NCBI GenBank assembly: GCA_050014495.1
Contig: JBEKDF010000004.1
Location: forward strand, 43,939-107,938
Source: Candidatus Bathyarchaeia archaeon
GTDB taxonomy: Archaea > Thermoproteota > Bathyarchaeia > TCS64
Length of the DNA stretch: 64,000 nt
Direction of reading: 5' to 3'
This document shows positions 28,719 to 38,776 of this stretch, in pieces. The translations under genes were made by a program, and so were the position numbers. Numbering within the stretch: the stretch's first letter is position 1; every line of letters begins with the position of its first letter. The notes beneath the pieces are model-generated. The model searched no databases. It had not been told where the DNA came from and was given only the letters and a program-made list of their open reading frames with translations.

Positions 28719-30653
28719 TTAATTCCCCACTGCAACGATTCGACAGAGAGAAGACTTCATGCCGGGGCTTCCCGTCCCCGGGTCAAAGTACTCGCTGCTG
28801 ACCAGGGTATTGGCATTCATATCACTGAATCCATGGTAGACCTGAAGAACGTTCTCGAGCAGATCGGAGCTGGTCCTGAGGCTCCCCGATAAACGGCCTG
28901 AGGGGCTCTCGACGGTTACCCGATTCCCATCCTTTAACATGTAGTGAGACGCGGTCGCCGGATTCAGGGTGAAGTAATTTTCTGGCATAAGCTTTCGCAG
29001 GCTAGGTATGTTCCTGAACTGGGAGTGAGTGTACATAGGCACCTTTGCACTGGTAGAGAGAATAAGTGGGTAATGTGCACCCCATTTGCTGAGCGGGCTC
29101 TCAGCCGGCTCGACGAACTCGGGCAGGGGACTTAACCCACATTTCCTCAGCTTCTCGGAGTAAAACTCCACCTTCCCAGAGCTGGTCTGGAACCCGTTCT
29201 TCAGGTACTTCCTGTACCCTGACGAGGTTGCTCCCCTCGCCTGGCTTGACTCCATGACAAGTTCCCCCTCACCATACCCCATCTTTCTTGCCAGCTCTAG
29301 TATGATCTTCTCCTCGGGCCAGGCTTCACCAGGAGGATCTAATACCTTCTCACCACCCCTATAGGAATCCGTTTCGAGGAAGCTGGCTGCGGGTAACACG
29401 ATGTCCGCGAATCTGGCAGTCTCCGTCATGAATAGGTCCACCACGACTAGGAACTCGACTTCACTCAGGGCCTCTCTGACGAGCTTGGTGTCACAGTCGG
29501 TCAAGACGGGGTTGGTACCATACATTATCATTCCACGTATCCTATATGGTTCCCCTGTCAGTATGGATCTCCAAAACGAAGGCATGTGGCCCCTCTCAGC
29601 CAGTGGGAACCGCTCCTGACCTATGGCTTCCCTCGGACTCCTCTCCACGAGATGCCCCGTTTGATTCGGTTGATAGGTGAGTAGGTTTCCCCCAGGGACG
29701 TCGAGGTTCCCACTAACCGCTATCAGCGACGCGATTGCTCTTATCATCTGGAAATTGTTTGTGTGCTGGTCCAGACCGTTGCCCAGATCGATGGATGAGG
29801 GGCCCCTTGTGGCGTAGGTCTTCGCAGCCTCAATGATGTCGTCTTCATCCAGCCAGGTTATCTTCGACGCCTTATCCAGGGGGTATCTCCCAGCAAGCTC
29901 TTTAAGCTCGTCGAACCCGACTGTCCATCTCTCTATGAAGTCTTCGTCGTGAAGCCCTTCGTTTACTATCACGTTTATCATCGACAGCGCCAATGCGCCG
30001 TCGGTCCCCGGCCTCAGCTGAAGGTGCAGGTCCGCCTTCTTGGCGAAGGGTGTCTTTCTTGGATCGACCACTATCAGCGTTTTTCCTTCCTCTAACAATT
30101 TTGTGATTGTTCTTATTCTCGGCGGGTCATGCGCGGGGTTGATCCCCCATAGCACTAAGCAGTTTGAGTTAGTGACGTCAGCGGAGCGCCACGGATCCAT
30201 GTTCCCGACAACATAGCTAAGCCCCAGTTTTCTAGGCCTCGAGCAGGTATGGTCTACCACCGTGAGGTTTGGGGTTCCGATCAGTCCACCGAGCTTGTCG
30301 TAGTACCTTCTGACTTCCTGTATATGCTCTCTGGAATATCCTGATCCTATGGCGATCGATTTGGCACCGTACTTCTCCTTTAAAGAGAGCAAATTCTTGG
30401 CAGCTAATGAGAGAGCCTCATCCCATGATGCAGGCCTCCACTCGTCGTTGCTGTTCTTTATGAGCGGTTTCTTGAGACGCTCCTCGGATTGAGTTATGTC
30501 GCCTATGTGTAAGCCCTGTGGGCATAGGTCCCCTCTGGTCCGTGGGTCGTCTTTGTCTCCCTCAACCTCTATGATCCTTCCAGAGTCTACGGTTATTTTC
30601 AGTGAGCAGTCGGCGTGTCCGCAGATGTCACAGGCTGTTTTTACTATCTTCAT
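28719..30653 (-). CDS. Molybdopterin (bis-MGD) oxidoreductase with N-terminal Fe-S cluster
   Basis: CDICGHADC...LCPQG, VVDPR, LRPGTDGAL, ETARFADIVLPAA, THSQFRN. Confidence 0.9.
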   Translation of the reverse strand: MKIVKTACDICGHADCSLKITVDSGRIIEVEGDKDDPRTRGDLCPQGLHIGDITQSEERLKKPLIKNSNDEWRPASWDEALSLAAKNLLSLKEKYGAKSIAIGSGYSREHIQEVRRYYDKLGGLIGTPNLTVVDHTCSRPRKLGLSYVVGNMDPWRSADVTNSNCLVLWGINPAHDPPRIRTITKLLEEGKTLIVVDPRKTPFAKKADLHLQLRPGTDGALALSMINVIVNEGLHDEDFIERWTVGFDELKELAGRYPLDKASKITWLDEDDIIEAAKTYATRGPSSIDLGNGLDQHTNNFQMIRAIASLIAVSGNLDVPGGNLLTYQPNQTGHLVERSPREAIGQERFPLAERGHMPSFWRSILTGEPYRIRGMIMYGTNPVLTDCDTKLVREALSEVEFLVVVDLFMTETARFADIVLPAASFLETDSYRGGEKVLDPPGEAWPEEKIILELARKMGYGEGELVMESSQARGATSSGYRKYLKNGFQTSSGKVEFYSEKLRKCGLSPLPEFVEPAESPLSKWGAHYPLILSTSAKVPMYTHSQFRNIPSLRKLMPENYFTLNPATASHYMLKDGNRVTVESPSGRLSGSLRTSSDLLENVLQVYHGFSDMNANTLVSSEYFDPGTGSPGMKSSLCRIVAVGN

Positions 30654-30828
30654 GGCGTTTCCCTAGGGTTGTTGAACGTGTTGTGTATCACTTTGTAAAG
30701 TGAAATATAAATGAGCACTCGCGTGCTAGGTATTTTGTGGTTGGAAATGAGGCTATGATTCTAGAACCCAACGTTATGAATCGTAGATTCATAATTAATT
30801 AATACATATACAACATTTCTTTTTACTA

Positions 30829-31023
30829 TTGCTAAATGATGAAAAAACGATTTGCCCCTATTTCAACGAGGATCTATGCTATTCAAACACGCCGGGAGAC
30901 GATCTAGTAGGAGAAACTCCCCCAATGCAATACAGAGGCCTCTGCGAATCCGAGTATTGGGAGCAGTGTCTTAGATATCGGAAATCCGATGTTTTCAAGG
31001 ATGCTGAAGAATACCCTTCTTAG
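30829..31023 (+). CDS. Small Cys-rich protein
   Basis: CPYF...C...LCESEYWEQCLRY; AT-rich promoter-like region upstream. Confidence 0.5.
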   Translation: MLNDEKTICPYFNEDLCYSNTPGDDLVGETPPMQYRGLCESEYWEQCLRYRKSDVFKDAEEYPS

Positions 31024-31144
31024 TCCTTCGGTGTTGGCTGCGAGGTTTCCGGGGTATGAGGGGCTTCTAGATGTTTTTCTTGTGCGTGTGTTTTGTCGCG
31101 TAATCGTTTAAGGGTGCGACGAGGCCTTTGTCCGCACACGAAGA

Positions 31145-32686
31145 TTATGTGACTTTGAAGATATTGGAGGCTGAGGCTGACTGGTATCCTGTCTTAGATG
31201 CGGTGGCGGTTACTGTGTATGTTCCCTTCTGAGCAAAGATGCTCAGTTTGTATTTAATCATCGCGTTGCCGTACTGATCGGTCGTCGCGGAGTATGTTAA
31301 GGTTGAGCCCCCTGGGTTCTTAACCTTAACACTCACCGACGCCCCCCGAACAGCGATCCCACCACTCATCACACTCACCGTTATGCTGACTGTCTGCCCC
31401 CGACTGTAAGACGACTTATCCGTCTTCACTGTGGCGCTGAGTAGGGAGGTGGTGGTCGTCTGCACGTTCACGTTGATGGTGGTGGAGTGGATGAGGCTGC
31501 CACTTGTGCCCGTCACAGCGATGGGGTAGGTTCCTGCGATTGTACTAGCGGGGATGGTCACAATCATGACCGAGGTCCCATATCCGGGTAGTGAAGATGG
31601 GGTTAGCGTTGTGGTGAATTGCGATGACGCCGTCAGCGTGACTGTGCCCGTGAAGCCGTTGAGGGCGCTGATGATCATGGTTGAGGTCACTGAGCCTCCC
31701 GCCGTCACCGTCGAGGTTGATGGGCTAGCTGAGATGGTGAAGTCGGGCAGTGGATAGGTCCTTATATCTTGGTAGAGCACGGGTGTGGACTCGGCTGAGA
31801 TCTCCACCAGGTTGAAGTTGTTCATGGTTATCCAGTTTCCTAGTCCTGACCCCTCCGGGGGCTGGGAGGCTATTGCGGAATATTGCTGGGAGGCGTCGTA
31901 CTTGTAGCATAGGGGGTGTGAGGAGTCTACGCTCTTCTTGTAGCCCCACATCGTTGTTCCATCTGATAGTAGGAAGTTTGCGTTTGAGGAGCTGTCGGTC
32001 GCGTATATCTGAGTCTCCGCCTTCGCGATGCCCGCCTTCACGTTCCCGTTGGAATCTTCGACGCACTTGATTATGTAGATCAGGTAGAGGTCGCTGTCGA
32101 CGACGTTAGGGTCGTTCCAGTTTGAGCCCACCGTGGGCGTGAAGTAGGAGAGGTACGTCGGTCCGATCAGGGTCTTGAGGTTAGCTATGTTTAGGCCTCC
32201 GTTGTGGGCTAGGGTCCACGTAATGTCCCCACGCACCCTGATGAAAGGGTGGGGGTCGGGTATGTTTACCGCGCCGGAGGCTGCGTTTCGGACGTGTCCC
32301 ATCCCCACCCCAGCGCCGCTCGAGGCAAGCGTCTGGGCCGCGGCGTCGAACTTGATATCCGTGTAGGCCTCGGGCTGCCCCCTCGCTACTATAAGGGTTC
32401 CTGAGGCGTAGTAGATCAAGCCCCAGCCATTCACGTTGCCGGGTCCATCGGGGCCTCCTCCCAGATTCTTAAGGGAGTCTGGGAGGCTAACCAGTTGATT
32501 CATCACGACTTCCTTGGGGAGGTAGGGTGAGACCATTCCCCACATGCGGCAATGCTCAATTACGCCATTAGTGCTCGACGGCGTACGCGTTTCAGGAGGG
32601 GCTTGTGATATGCTAACAAACGTAGAAGCTAAGATTATGATGACTAAAACACTGAATAATGGGATTGTTCTCAAGAGCGTAACCAC
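31145..32686 (-). CDS. Secreted class II glutamine amidotransferase-like (Ntn, YafJ/EgtC-like) domain plus two Ig-like domains
   Basis: Signal peptide, HCRMWG, NGWG, HVRNA, PHPF, AHNG, DSD, NFLLSDG; then DFTISASP... and TDKSSYSRGQTV domains. Confidence 0.8.
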   Translation of the reverse strand: MVTLLRTIPLFSVLVIIILASTFVSISQAPPETRTPSSTNGVIEHCRMWGMVSPYLPKEVVMNQLVSLPDSLKNLGGGPDGPGNVNGWGLIYYASGTLIVARGQPEAYTDIKFDAAAQTLASSGAGVGMGHVRNAASGAVNIPDPHPFIRVRGDITWTLAHNGGLNIANLKTLIGPTYLSYFTPTVGSNWNDPNVVDSDLYLIYIIKCVEDSNGNVKAGIAKAETQIYATDSSSNANFLLSDGTTMWGYKKSVDSSHPLCYKYDASQQYSAIASQPPEGSGLGNWITMNNFNLVEISAESTPVLYQDIRTYPLPDFTISASPSTSTVTAGGSVTSTMIISALNGFTGTVTLTASSQFTTTLTPSSLPGYGTSVMIVTIPASTIAGTYPIAVTGTSGSLIHSTTINVNVQTTTTSLLSATVKTDKSSYSRGQTVSITVSVMSGGIAVRGASVSVKVKNPGGSTLTYSATTDQYGNAMIKYKLSIFAQKGTYTVTATASKTGYQSASASNIFKVT

Positions 32687-32904
32687 CTCTTATCCGAACC
32701 AATGATTGACTTTACAAAAGTAAGTTAATTAATCTATTGAGTCCCTGCTGCCTGGCTTACCCCAGTGCGCGCGAGAGAGTCAGTCAATAATTTAGGTATA
32801 ATATGCGTGTGTGCGCGCGGAGTTAGGAGAAATTAAGATGATAGGAGTCTTTGGAAATTTGAAATATGCGGAAAAAGAAATGATTGTGATGTAAAATTTT
32901 ATGA

Positions 32905-34749
32905 CTACGGTTTGTCGGTAATTGCTTCAACGCCCTTCTCTTCTTTGAATTGCATCTTGTAGAATGAGCTGTATAGTCCATTAAGCTTCATTAGTTCAAA
33001 GTGTGATCCCTTCTCGACGATTCTCCCAAGATCTATGACCAGGATCTCATCACACAGCCTGATCGTTGAGAGTCTGTGGGCTATTATTATGGCCATCCTG
33101 TTTTCAAGGAGTTTCTTCAATGCGTTCTGTAACACCAGTTCGGTGTAGGGGTCTATGCTTGAGGTGGCCTCGTCCAGGATCAATAGCTTGGGGTTCAGTA
33201 GAAGGGTTCTTGCGAAGCTTATCAGCTGTCTCTGCCCTATCGAAATATTTGATGAACCTTCTTGTATGATGTAGTCGTATCCACCTGGTAGTCTCATTAT
33301 GAATTCGTGTGCGCCGACGGTCTTAGCTGCCTCAATCACCGCCTCATCGGATGCGCCGGGTTTTCCGAATCTTATGTTATCCTTTACGCTTATGGCAAAT
33401 AGGAAGGAGTCCTGGAGAACCGTGCTCATGTTACTGCGAAGAGATGCAATCGTTATGTCCTTGATGTCGTGTCCGTTTACGAGTATTCTCCCACCAACGG
33501 GGTCGTAGAACCTCTCCAGGAGATTGATTATTGTGCTCTTGCCAGCGCCCGTGGGTCCGACTATGGCCAGCTTCTTTGACCCTTCTAAGTCTAGGTTTAC
33601 GTCGTGTATGACTGGGTTTTGAGGGTCGTATCCGAAGGTGACATCCTCAAATTTCACATCGTTTATCGTATCAATTACTACCGCCTTGTCGGGTGAAGGA
33701 TCATCCACTTCAACTTTAGTGTCTATTAAGTCGAAGATTCTTTCTAATGCGGACATGCATGACTGGTATTGGTCGTATGCGGTTAGGAAGGTGGTGAGTG
33801 GCCCGAAGTAGTTGAATTGGTACTCTAAGAATGCTGCGAGTATTCCTAAGTTGATCTGTCCGTTTATGACGAGTATTGTGCCGTACCATAGTATTAGTAT
33901 CGTTCCAATAATCCTCATAGTCATTATGAGTGGTGTGTATATTGTTGATAGGAGGATGGTGCGTTTGTATGATTGAACAGTCTTTTTGTTAACTTCATCG
34001 AATTCTTTTTCGGCCTTATCTTCTTTTACGAATGCTTTTATAATCTTCATTCCTGCGAAGTTCTCTTGCATCTTGGCAATCAAGCCTGCAAGATTTGTGA
34101 GAGTTCTCCTATACTGTTTTCTTGATAGTCCTCCCATGATCCATGTCATGATTACTGCTATTGGAAGGATTGAGACTGCGAGTAGTGCAAGTTGCCAGTT
34201 TAGGAAGAATATTATTACCAGGGCACCTGCTATTGAGGCTGCATCCAGAATCATCGCCGTTAATCCCATTCTTAGAAATATTCTGACCTGGTTTGCGTCT
34301 GTTGTTGGCCTTGACATTATGCGCCCGATCTCGCCTTCTGAGAAGTATTTTAGTGATATTTTCTGTAATTTGACAGTGCACTGGTTTCTAAGGTTCATTA
34401 CGACGTGTTCACCGACTATTCTCATCTGATATATCTGAATATATTGGAAGACGTAGGTTGCTACTGTTACCCCGATGAATAGAGGGACCCACCAGATGAA
34501 CGCTGAGATATAGGAGCTGTCGTGATTCTGTATTGTTGGGGTTATTATATCGTTTATGGCGATTAGGTGGAGGTATGGTGTGACAAGCCCTGTGAATGCA
34601 CCTCCGGCGATGGCGATTGTGCCCAGTATCAAGTTCTTCTTGTAGGCTATTATGTACTCATAGAGCCTACCGATTAGAACTCTATCAGCGACTTTTCTCT
34701 TCCCTCTCTCCTCCACTTTTGTTGAGAAGGTATTATGTTCGTCAGACAA
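32905..34749 (-). CDS. ABC exporter TMD-NBD subunit 2
   Basis: GPTGAGKST, ISIGQRQ, LILDEATSSID, IAHRLST. Probable TTG start at 34749. Confidence 0.92.
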   Translation of the reverse strand: MSDEHNTFSTKVEERGKRKVADRVLIGRLYEYIIAYKKNLILGTIAIAGGAFTGLVTPYLHLIAINDIITPTIQNHDSSYISAFIWWVPLFIGVTVATYVFQYIQIYQMRIVGEHVVMNLRNQCTVKLQKISLKYFSEGEIGRIMSRPTTDANQVRIFLRMGLTAMILDAASIAGALVIIFFLNWQLALLAVSILPIAVIMTWIMGGLSRKQYRRTLTNLAGLIAKMQENFAGMKIIKAFVKEDKAEKEFDEVNKKTVQSYKRTILLSTIYTPLIMTMRIIGTILILWYGTILVINGQINLGILAAFLEYQFNYFGPLTTFLTAYDQYQSCMSALERIFDLIDTKVEVDDPSPDKAVVIDTINDVKFEDVTFGYDPQNPVIHDVNLDLEGSKKLAIVGPTGAGKSTIINLLERFYDPVGGRILVNGHDIKDITIASLRSNMSTVLQDSFLFAISVKDNIRFGKPGASDEAVIEAAKTVGAHEFIMRLPGGYDYIIQEGSSNISIGQRQLISFARTLLLNPKLLILDEATSSIDPYTELVLQNALKKLLENRMAIIIAHRLSTIRLCDEILVIDLGRIVEKGSHFELMKLNGLYSSFYKMQFKEEKGVEAITDKP

Positions 34750-34750
34750 T

Positions 34751-36595
34751 TTATTGATCGACCTCCAGTATCTCTTCTGGGGTCTTCTCAAGGAACTGTG
34801 TCTCGTATATTTTCTTGTATACCCTTCCTTTAGCCATCAGTTCGTTATGTGTTCCAAACTCGATGATTTCACCATTATCAAGAACCATTATTCTATCGGC
34901 ATTCTTTATTGTTGAGAGTCTCTGGGCGATTATGAAGCATGTTCTACCCTTCAAAGCTTCATCGATTGCATCTTGTATTGCCTGTTCAGTCTTTGCGTCC
35001 ACGAATGAGAGTGAGTCATCTAGGATCAGGATCTTGGGGTTCGTTAACAGGGCTCTTGCGATCGTCAGTCTTTGTTTTTGGCCACCTGAAAGCGTTACCC
35101 CTCTCTCCCCCACTGGTGTATCATACCCATCTGGGAGTGTCTCAATGAAGTCATCTATCTTAGCCATCTTTGCTGCAGATTTGACCTCATCGAGGGATGC
35201 GTCGTCTCTTCCGAATGCAATATTACTTCTTATTGTGCCTGAGAATAAGAATACGTCTTGAAGGACTAATCCTACCTGTTTTCTCAGGAAGGAGACGTTA
35301 AAATCCCTGATGTCTGTTCCATCTATTAATATGCTCCCTGAGTTGATGTCATAGAATCGTGGGATAAGATATACTATAGATGTTTTTCCAGTTCCTGTGG
35401 CGCCGAGAATGGCTATTTTTTCCCCTGGTTCAGCCTTGAAACTGATGTTTTTTAGTATAGGTCTGTCCTTAACGTATCCGAAGGTCACGTCTCGGAATTC
35501 AACTTCTCCTTTTTCTATCTTGACGTCTTTTGCATCTGGTCTGTTTACAACGTCTCCAGGCAGATCGATTATATCGAAGAGTCTTTCGGATGCTGCCGTT
35601 GCGTTGTTAAGACCACCTATAAAGGAAAGCGCAAAATCGCGAATAGGCCCGGTCGCTCTCATAACATACCTCGCATAGATCAGAATCAGACCCAGTGATA
35701 ATCCTAAAGATAATATCATATTCGTCCCGTAGACGTAGACAAATGTGATGCTCAGCGTTAGGATGGCCGTTGCAGAAGGCATGTATGTTGCTTGAAACTT
35801 TCCTGCTCTGATTGCAATATCGACGTATTTTTCATTAATTTCTCTATCACCTTCCTGCATTTCGTCTTCTCTTTGGAATATTCGGATATTTTTCATTCCT
35901 ACGATGTTCTGTTGTACATAGGAGCCGATTCGTCCTAGGATTAGCTGCATCTTTCTGAAGAGAGGCATCGTAAGCATGAAGTTCTTGGACTGGAAATAGA
36001 ATATGAAGGGTATGGGTATCATCGCTATTAAAGCCATGACTGGATTTAATGTATAACATACCCAAAATACGAAGATCAACGTGAAAACAAGATTAGTTAA
36101 GGTGCTGACCCAGACTCTGAGGAATCCATCGACGAACATCAGTTCCTGCGTTGGCCTCGAGGTAAGGTCTCCCACAGGATTGATGTCAAAAAATGTGAAG
36201 GATTTTTCTTGGCATGATCTGTAGTATTCCTTTCTTATATTTCCCATAACCATCTGCGAGACGATGCCATTTAGGTATACGATTATCCAATTGGCTATTG
36301 CGAAACCTACTACCGCCAAAAATATGTACAGGAGTAAAGTTGGAAGAAGAGTAACATTACTAGTTGCTGGAGGGTTACTTCCAATGACGTAATCTATGAG
36401 TTGAGCAGTATATAGAGGCTCAAGAAGAAATAAGAACGATCTTAAGATAGCTAGCGCAGAAATGAAGGCGATGATAGGAACATAGGGTTTATGATAGACC
36501 ATGAGTCTTTTAAAAGCCTTTATTTGAGTAGAGAGAGCTTTTCGATTCTCCTCAATGGAATCGATATACCTAAGTATCGGTTTGGCGACAGCCAT
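34751..36595 (-). CDS. ABC exporter TMD-NBD subunit 1 (degenerate-site partner of a heterodimer)
   Basis: GATGTGKTS, LSGGQKQ, LILDD (D in place of E), IAQR (Q in place of H). Confidence 0.92.
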   Translation of the reverse strand: MAVAKPILRYIDSIEENRKALSTQIKAFKRLMVYHKPYVPIIAFISALAILRSFLFLLEPLYTAQLIDYVIGSNPPATSNVTLLPTLLLYIFLAVVGFAIANWIIVYLNGIVSQMVMGNIRKEYYRSCQEKSFTFFDINPVGDLTSRPTQELMFVDGFLRVWVSTLTNLVFTLIFVFWVCYTLNPVMALIAMIPIPFIFYFQSKNFMLTMPLFRKMQLILGRIGSYVQQNIVGMKNIRIFQREDEMQEGDREINEKYVDIAIRAGKFQATYMPSATAILTLSITFVYVYGTNMILSLGLSLGLILIYARYVMRATGPIRDFALSFIGGLNNATAASERLFDIIDLPGDVVNRPDAKDVKIEKGEVEFRDVTFGYVKDRPILKNISFKAEPGEKIAILGATGTGKTSIVYLIPRFYDINSGSILIDGTDIRDFNVSFLRKQVGLVLQDVFLFSGTIRSNIAFGRDDASLDEVKSAAKMAKIDDFIETLPDGYDTPVGERGVTLSGGQKQRLTIARALLTNPKILILDDSLSFVDAKTEQAIQDAIDEALKGRTCFIIAQRLSTIKNADRIMVLDNGEIIEFGTHNELMAKGRVYKKIYETQFLEKTPEEILEVDQ

Positions 36596-36958
36596 TTTTA
36601 GGACTTCGTTAAACAATAATCGATTTGTAATTACTTATAGGGTTATCGTTTAGGATAACTGAGTAGCATGGACTCAAATTGCATAAATGTGCGCGCTTTT
36701 TTACATCATTTGACTGAAAAGCATTACAAATCAGAAGCGACCGTATAACACTTCGAGTAAGAGCTCATTCCGGTCTTCACCCTGTCCCCATGCACGAATA
36801 GACTCACTCAACTTTGAGTTACTGCTGACGCGCGTATGGGTAGTGGTTTCTGAGAATGTACCAGTGTCTGAGTTTTAGAATTTCTAAATAACACAGTGCT
36901 GGTTTAGTAAACTTGAAATATGTAGGGCTGAATTACACATAAATCATCGGTGGTAGAC

Positions 36959-37057
36959 TTGTCGAAACGGCTTGAAGGCTTTGTATATTACTTTCTGAGC
37001 GTTGTTGTTGTGGTTATAGTCGTTGTTCTCATAACCTCCATTAATATTGCGGCATAA
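36959..37057 (+). CDS. Possible 32-aa single-TM peptide
   Basis: MSKRLEGFVYYFLSVVVVVIVVVLITSINIAA* from a TTG start. Confidence 0.3.
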   Translation: MSKRLEGFVYYFLSVVVVVIVVVLITSINIAA

Positions 37058-37131
37058 AGGCAGGCGCGCGTGGAAGTTTAGCTCAAATTGTATGCATAAG
37101 TTTATTAAAATTGAAAAATTAATTAAAATTA

Positions 37132-37728
37132 ATGGAGTCCTCTTCTAGATTTTCGATTTTCGTTATCATATTGGTGCTCAGTGCTATTTTAGGATTAGTT
37201 GAGGGTTTTGCTATATGCTATATCTTCTCATATAATTCATCATATCTGGCGGCTACACTCGGTTTCGGTCTTCTATTGGTTGGTAGCTCGGTTTGGCTCT
37301 ACTATTATTTCAAAAAAGTTGAACCCCATTCCTTGAATGGTATGAAGTTGGCACCCTTGATGCATAGGCCCATTGCCCGAGAATTTGTGAGTGTTGACAC
37401 TACAGTCCTTAGGATTCCAATGTCTCTCCTGGAGGCCCAGGAGGGTAGAGAACAACTCGTAGACGTAATTGATGATAAGGACACCATTCGTGTTGTAGCT
37501 GAGCTTCCAATCGTTGGTGTGAATGATGTCAACTTCGACTGTTTAGGAAGGATGCTCACGATATACTTCGACATTGGGAATTATAGATACTATAAGGAGA
37601 TTGGGCTTCCGTTTGCAGTTTATTCCAAAAATGGTAAGGTAAAATTACGTAATTGGATCGTTGAATTAGATTTGACGAAGATTAAAGTAGAGAATTCTGA
37701 GGAAAGCCATCTGAAGCAAGAGCTATGA
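37132..37728 (+). CDS. Hsp20/alpha-crystallin-like domain with two N-terminal TMs
   Basis: LVDVIDDKDTIRVVAELP...YYKEIGLP...RNWIVELDLTK. Confidence 0.7.
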   Translation: MESSSRFSIFVIILVLSAILGLVEGFAICYIFSYNSSYLAATLGFGLLLVGSSVWLYYYFKKVEPHSLNGMKLAPLMHRPIAREFVSVDTTVLRIPMSLLEAQEGREQLVDVIDDKDTIRVVAELPIVGVNDVNFDCLGRMLTIYFDIGNYRYYKEIGLPFAVYSKNGKVKLRNWIVELDLTKIKVENSEESHLKQEL

Positions 37729-37884
37729 CTATTTAAGAATGAACTCTCGCGCGCGGATGGTAAAAAGTTATGTGCGTGCACTTTTTAATAATTGAAACCA
37801 ATGGCTCTGTTTTCTTGATGTATTTCTATCTGGCTTGTCGTGTAGTCGGTGGTCTTTAATTTGGGGTTGAAGTAAAAATATTCT

Positions 37885-38094
37885 ATGTCATCGGGTCGGG
37901 TTCGTAACAAGATATTTGCTCAGGAACGCATTATCGGTTTGATTGTTATTTTTGTGGGGCTATTTGCGATTATTTACTCTGCTATGAATTACGGGGTGAC
38001 TTCAATATTATTCATAGTCAGTGCGGCTATAGGTCTGCTCATTCTTCTGTTCGGCTTCGGTATGGCCTTCCGTAGGGCCATGCTTTTTAGATGA
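37885..38094 (+). CDS. Small two-TM membrane protein
   Basis: Two hydrophobic helices. Confidence 0.55.
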   Translation: MSSGRVRNKIFAQERIIGLIVIFVGLFAIIYSAMNYGVTSILFIVSAAIGLLILLFGFGMAFRRAMLFR

Positions 38095-38120
38095 TAACAT
38101 GCGCTGCGGGATGAAGCATC

Positions 38121-38519
38121 TTAAACCAGTCTACGTTTATTTGATTGGATTCTCTGGTTAATTTTCTTCGATTCTGCGTATTGATTATTGTAGTTCTTGG
38201 CGTCTTTCTCCGCCTTTTCGTAGTCGAGATACGTCCTGAGAACGGTGATTTTCACCGCGTCTTTGTGCTGTTTTAGAATCTTGGGGGCTTCTCTTGTTCT
38301 AAACTGTTTCAGGGCGTTCATTAGATTCTTCTCATCGTCAGGCTTTGTTAGCACGGGTATTTCGGTTGAGTGTTTCTTTACGTGGTAGGTTGAATCCTCG
38401 ACTGGTCTTCTATTGACTATATAAAGAATCCAATAGGTCTGGGAGGATATTAGCGGTTTTTTGAGTAATTCTTTAGCTCCATCTTGAATTGCATTGGGGT
38501 TTGATCCGTCTCCGCTCAT
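38121..38519 (-). CDS. Hypothetical basic protein
   Basis: 132-aa ORF with protein-like composition; no recognised motif. Confidence 0.5.
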   Translation of the reverse strand: MSGDGSNPNAIQDGAKELLKKPLISSQTYWILYIVNRRPVEDSTYHVKKHSTEIPVLTKPDDEKNLMNALKQFRTREAPKILKQHKDAVKITVLRTYLDYEKAEKDAKNYNNQYAESKKINQRIQSNKRRLV

Positions 38520-38776
38520 TTTAAGTCGAATTGGATTCAGCTGTTAGTGTTGATTAAATTTGTGATTACGCGCGCGTGACTGTTTAAGAATGAGATAAAT
38601 TAGTGTTCAATGTTGTGTTCTGTCTTATCACTAAATTTATAATAAATTTATCTAGGCAATAAGGTTCGGCGTCATCCTATGAGGCGATATAGGCAGTTGA
38701 TACGATTAATAAACATGTAATATAAGGAAACAGTCGGTGAATAGTTTTAAGCGTTAAATCCTCTGGCATCGCACCG

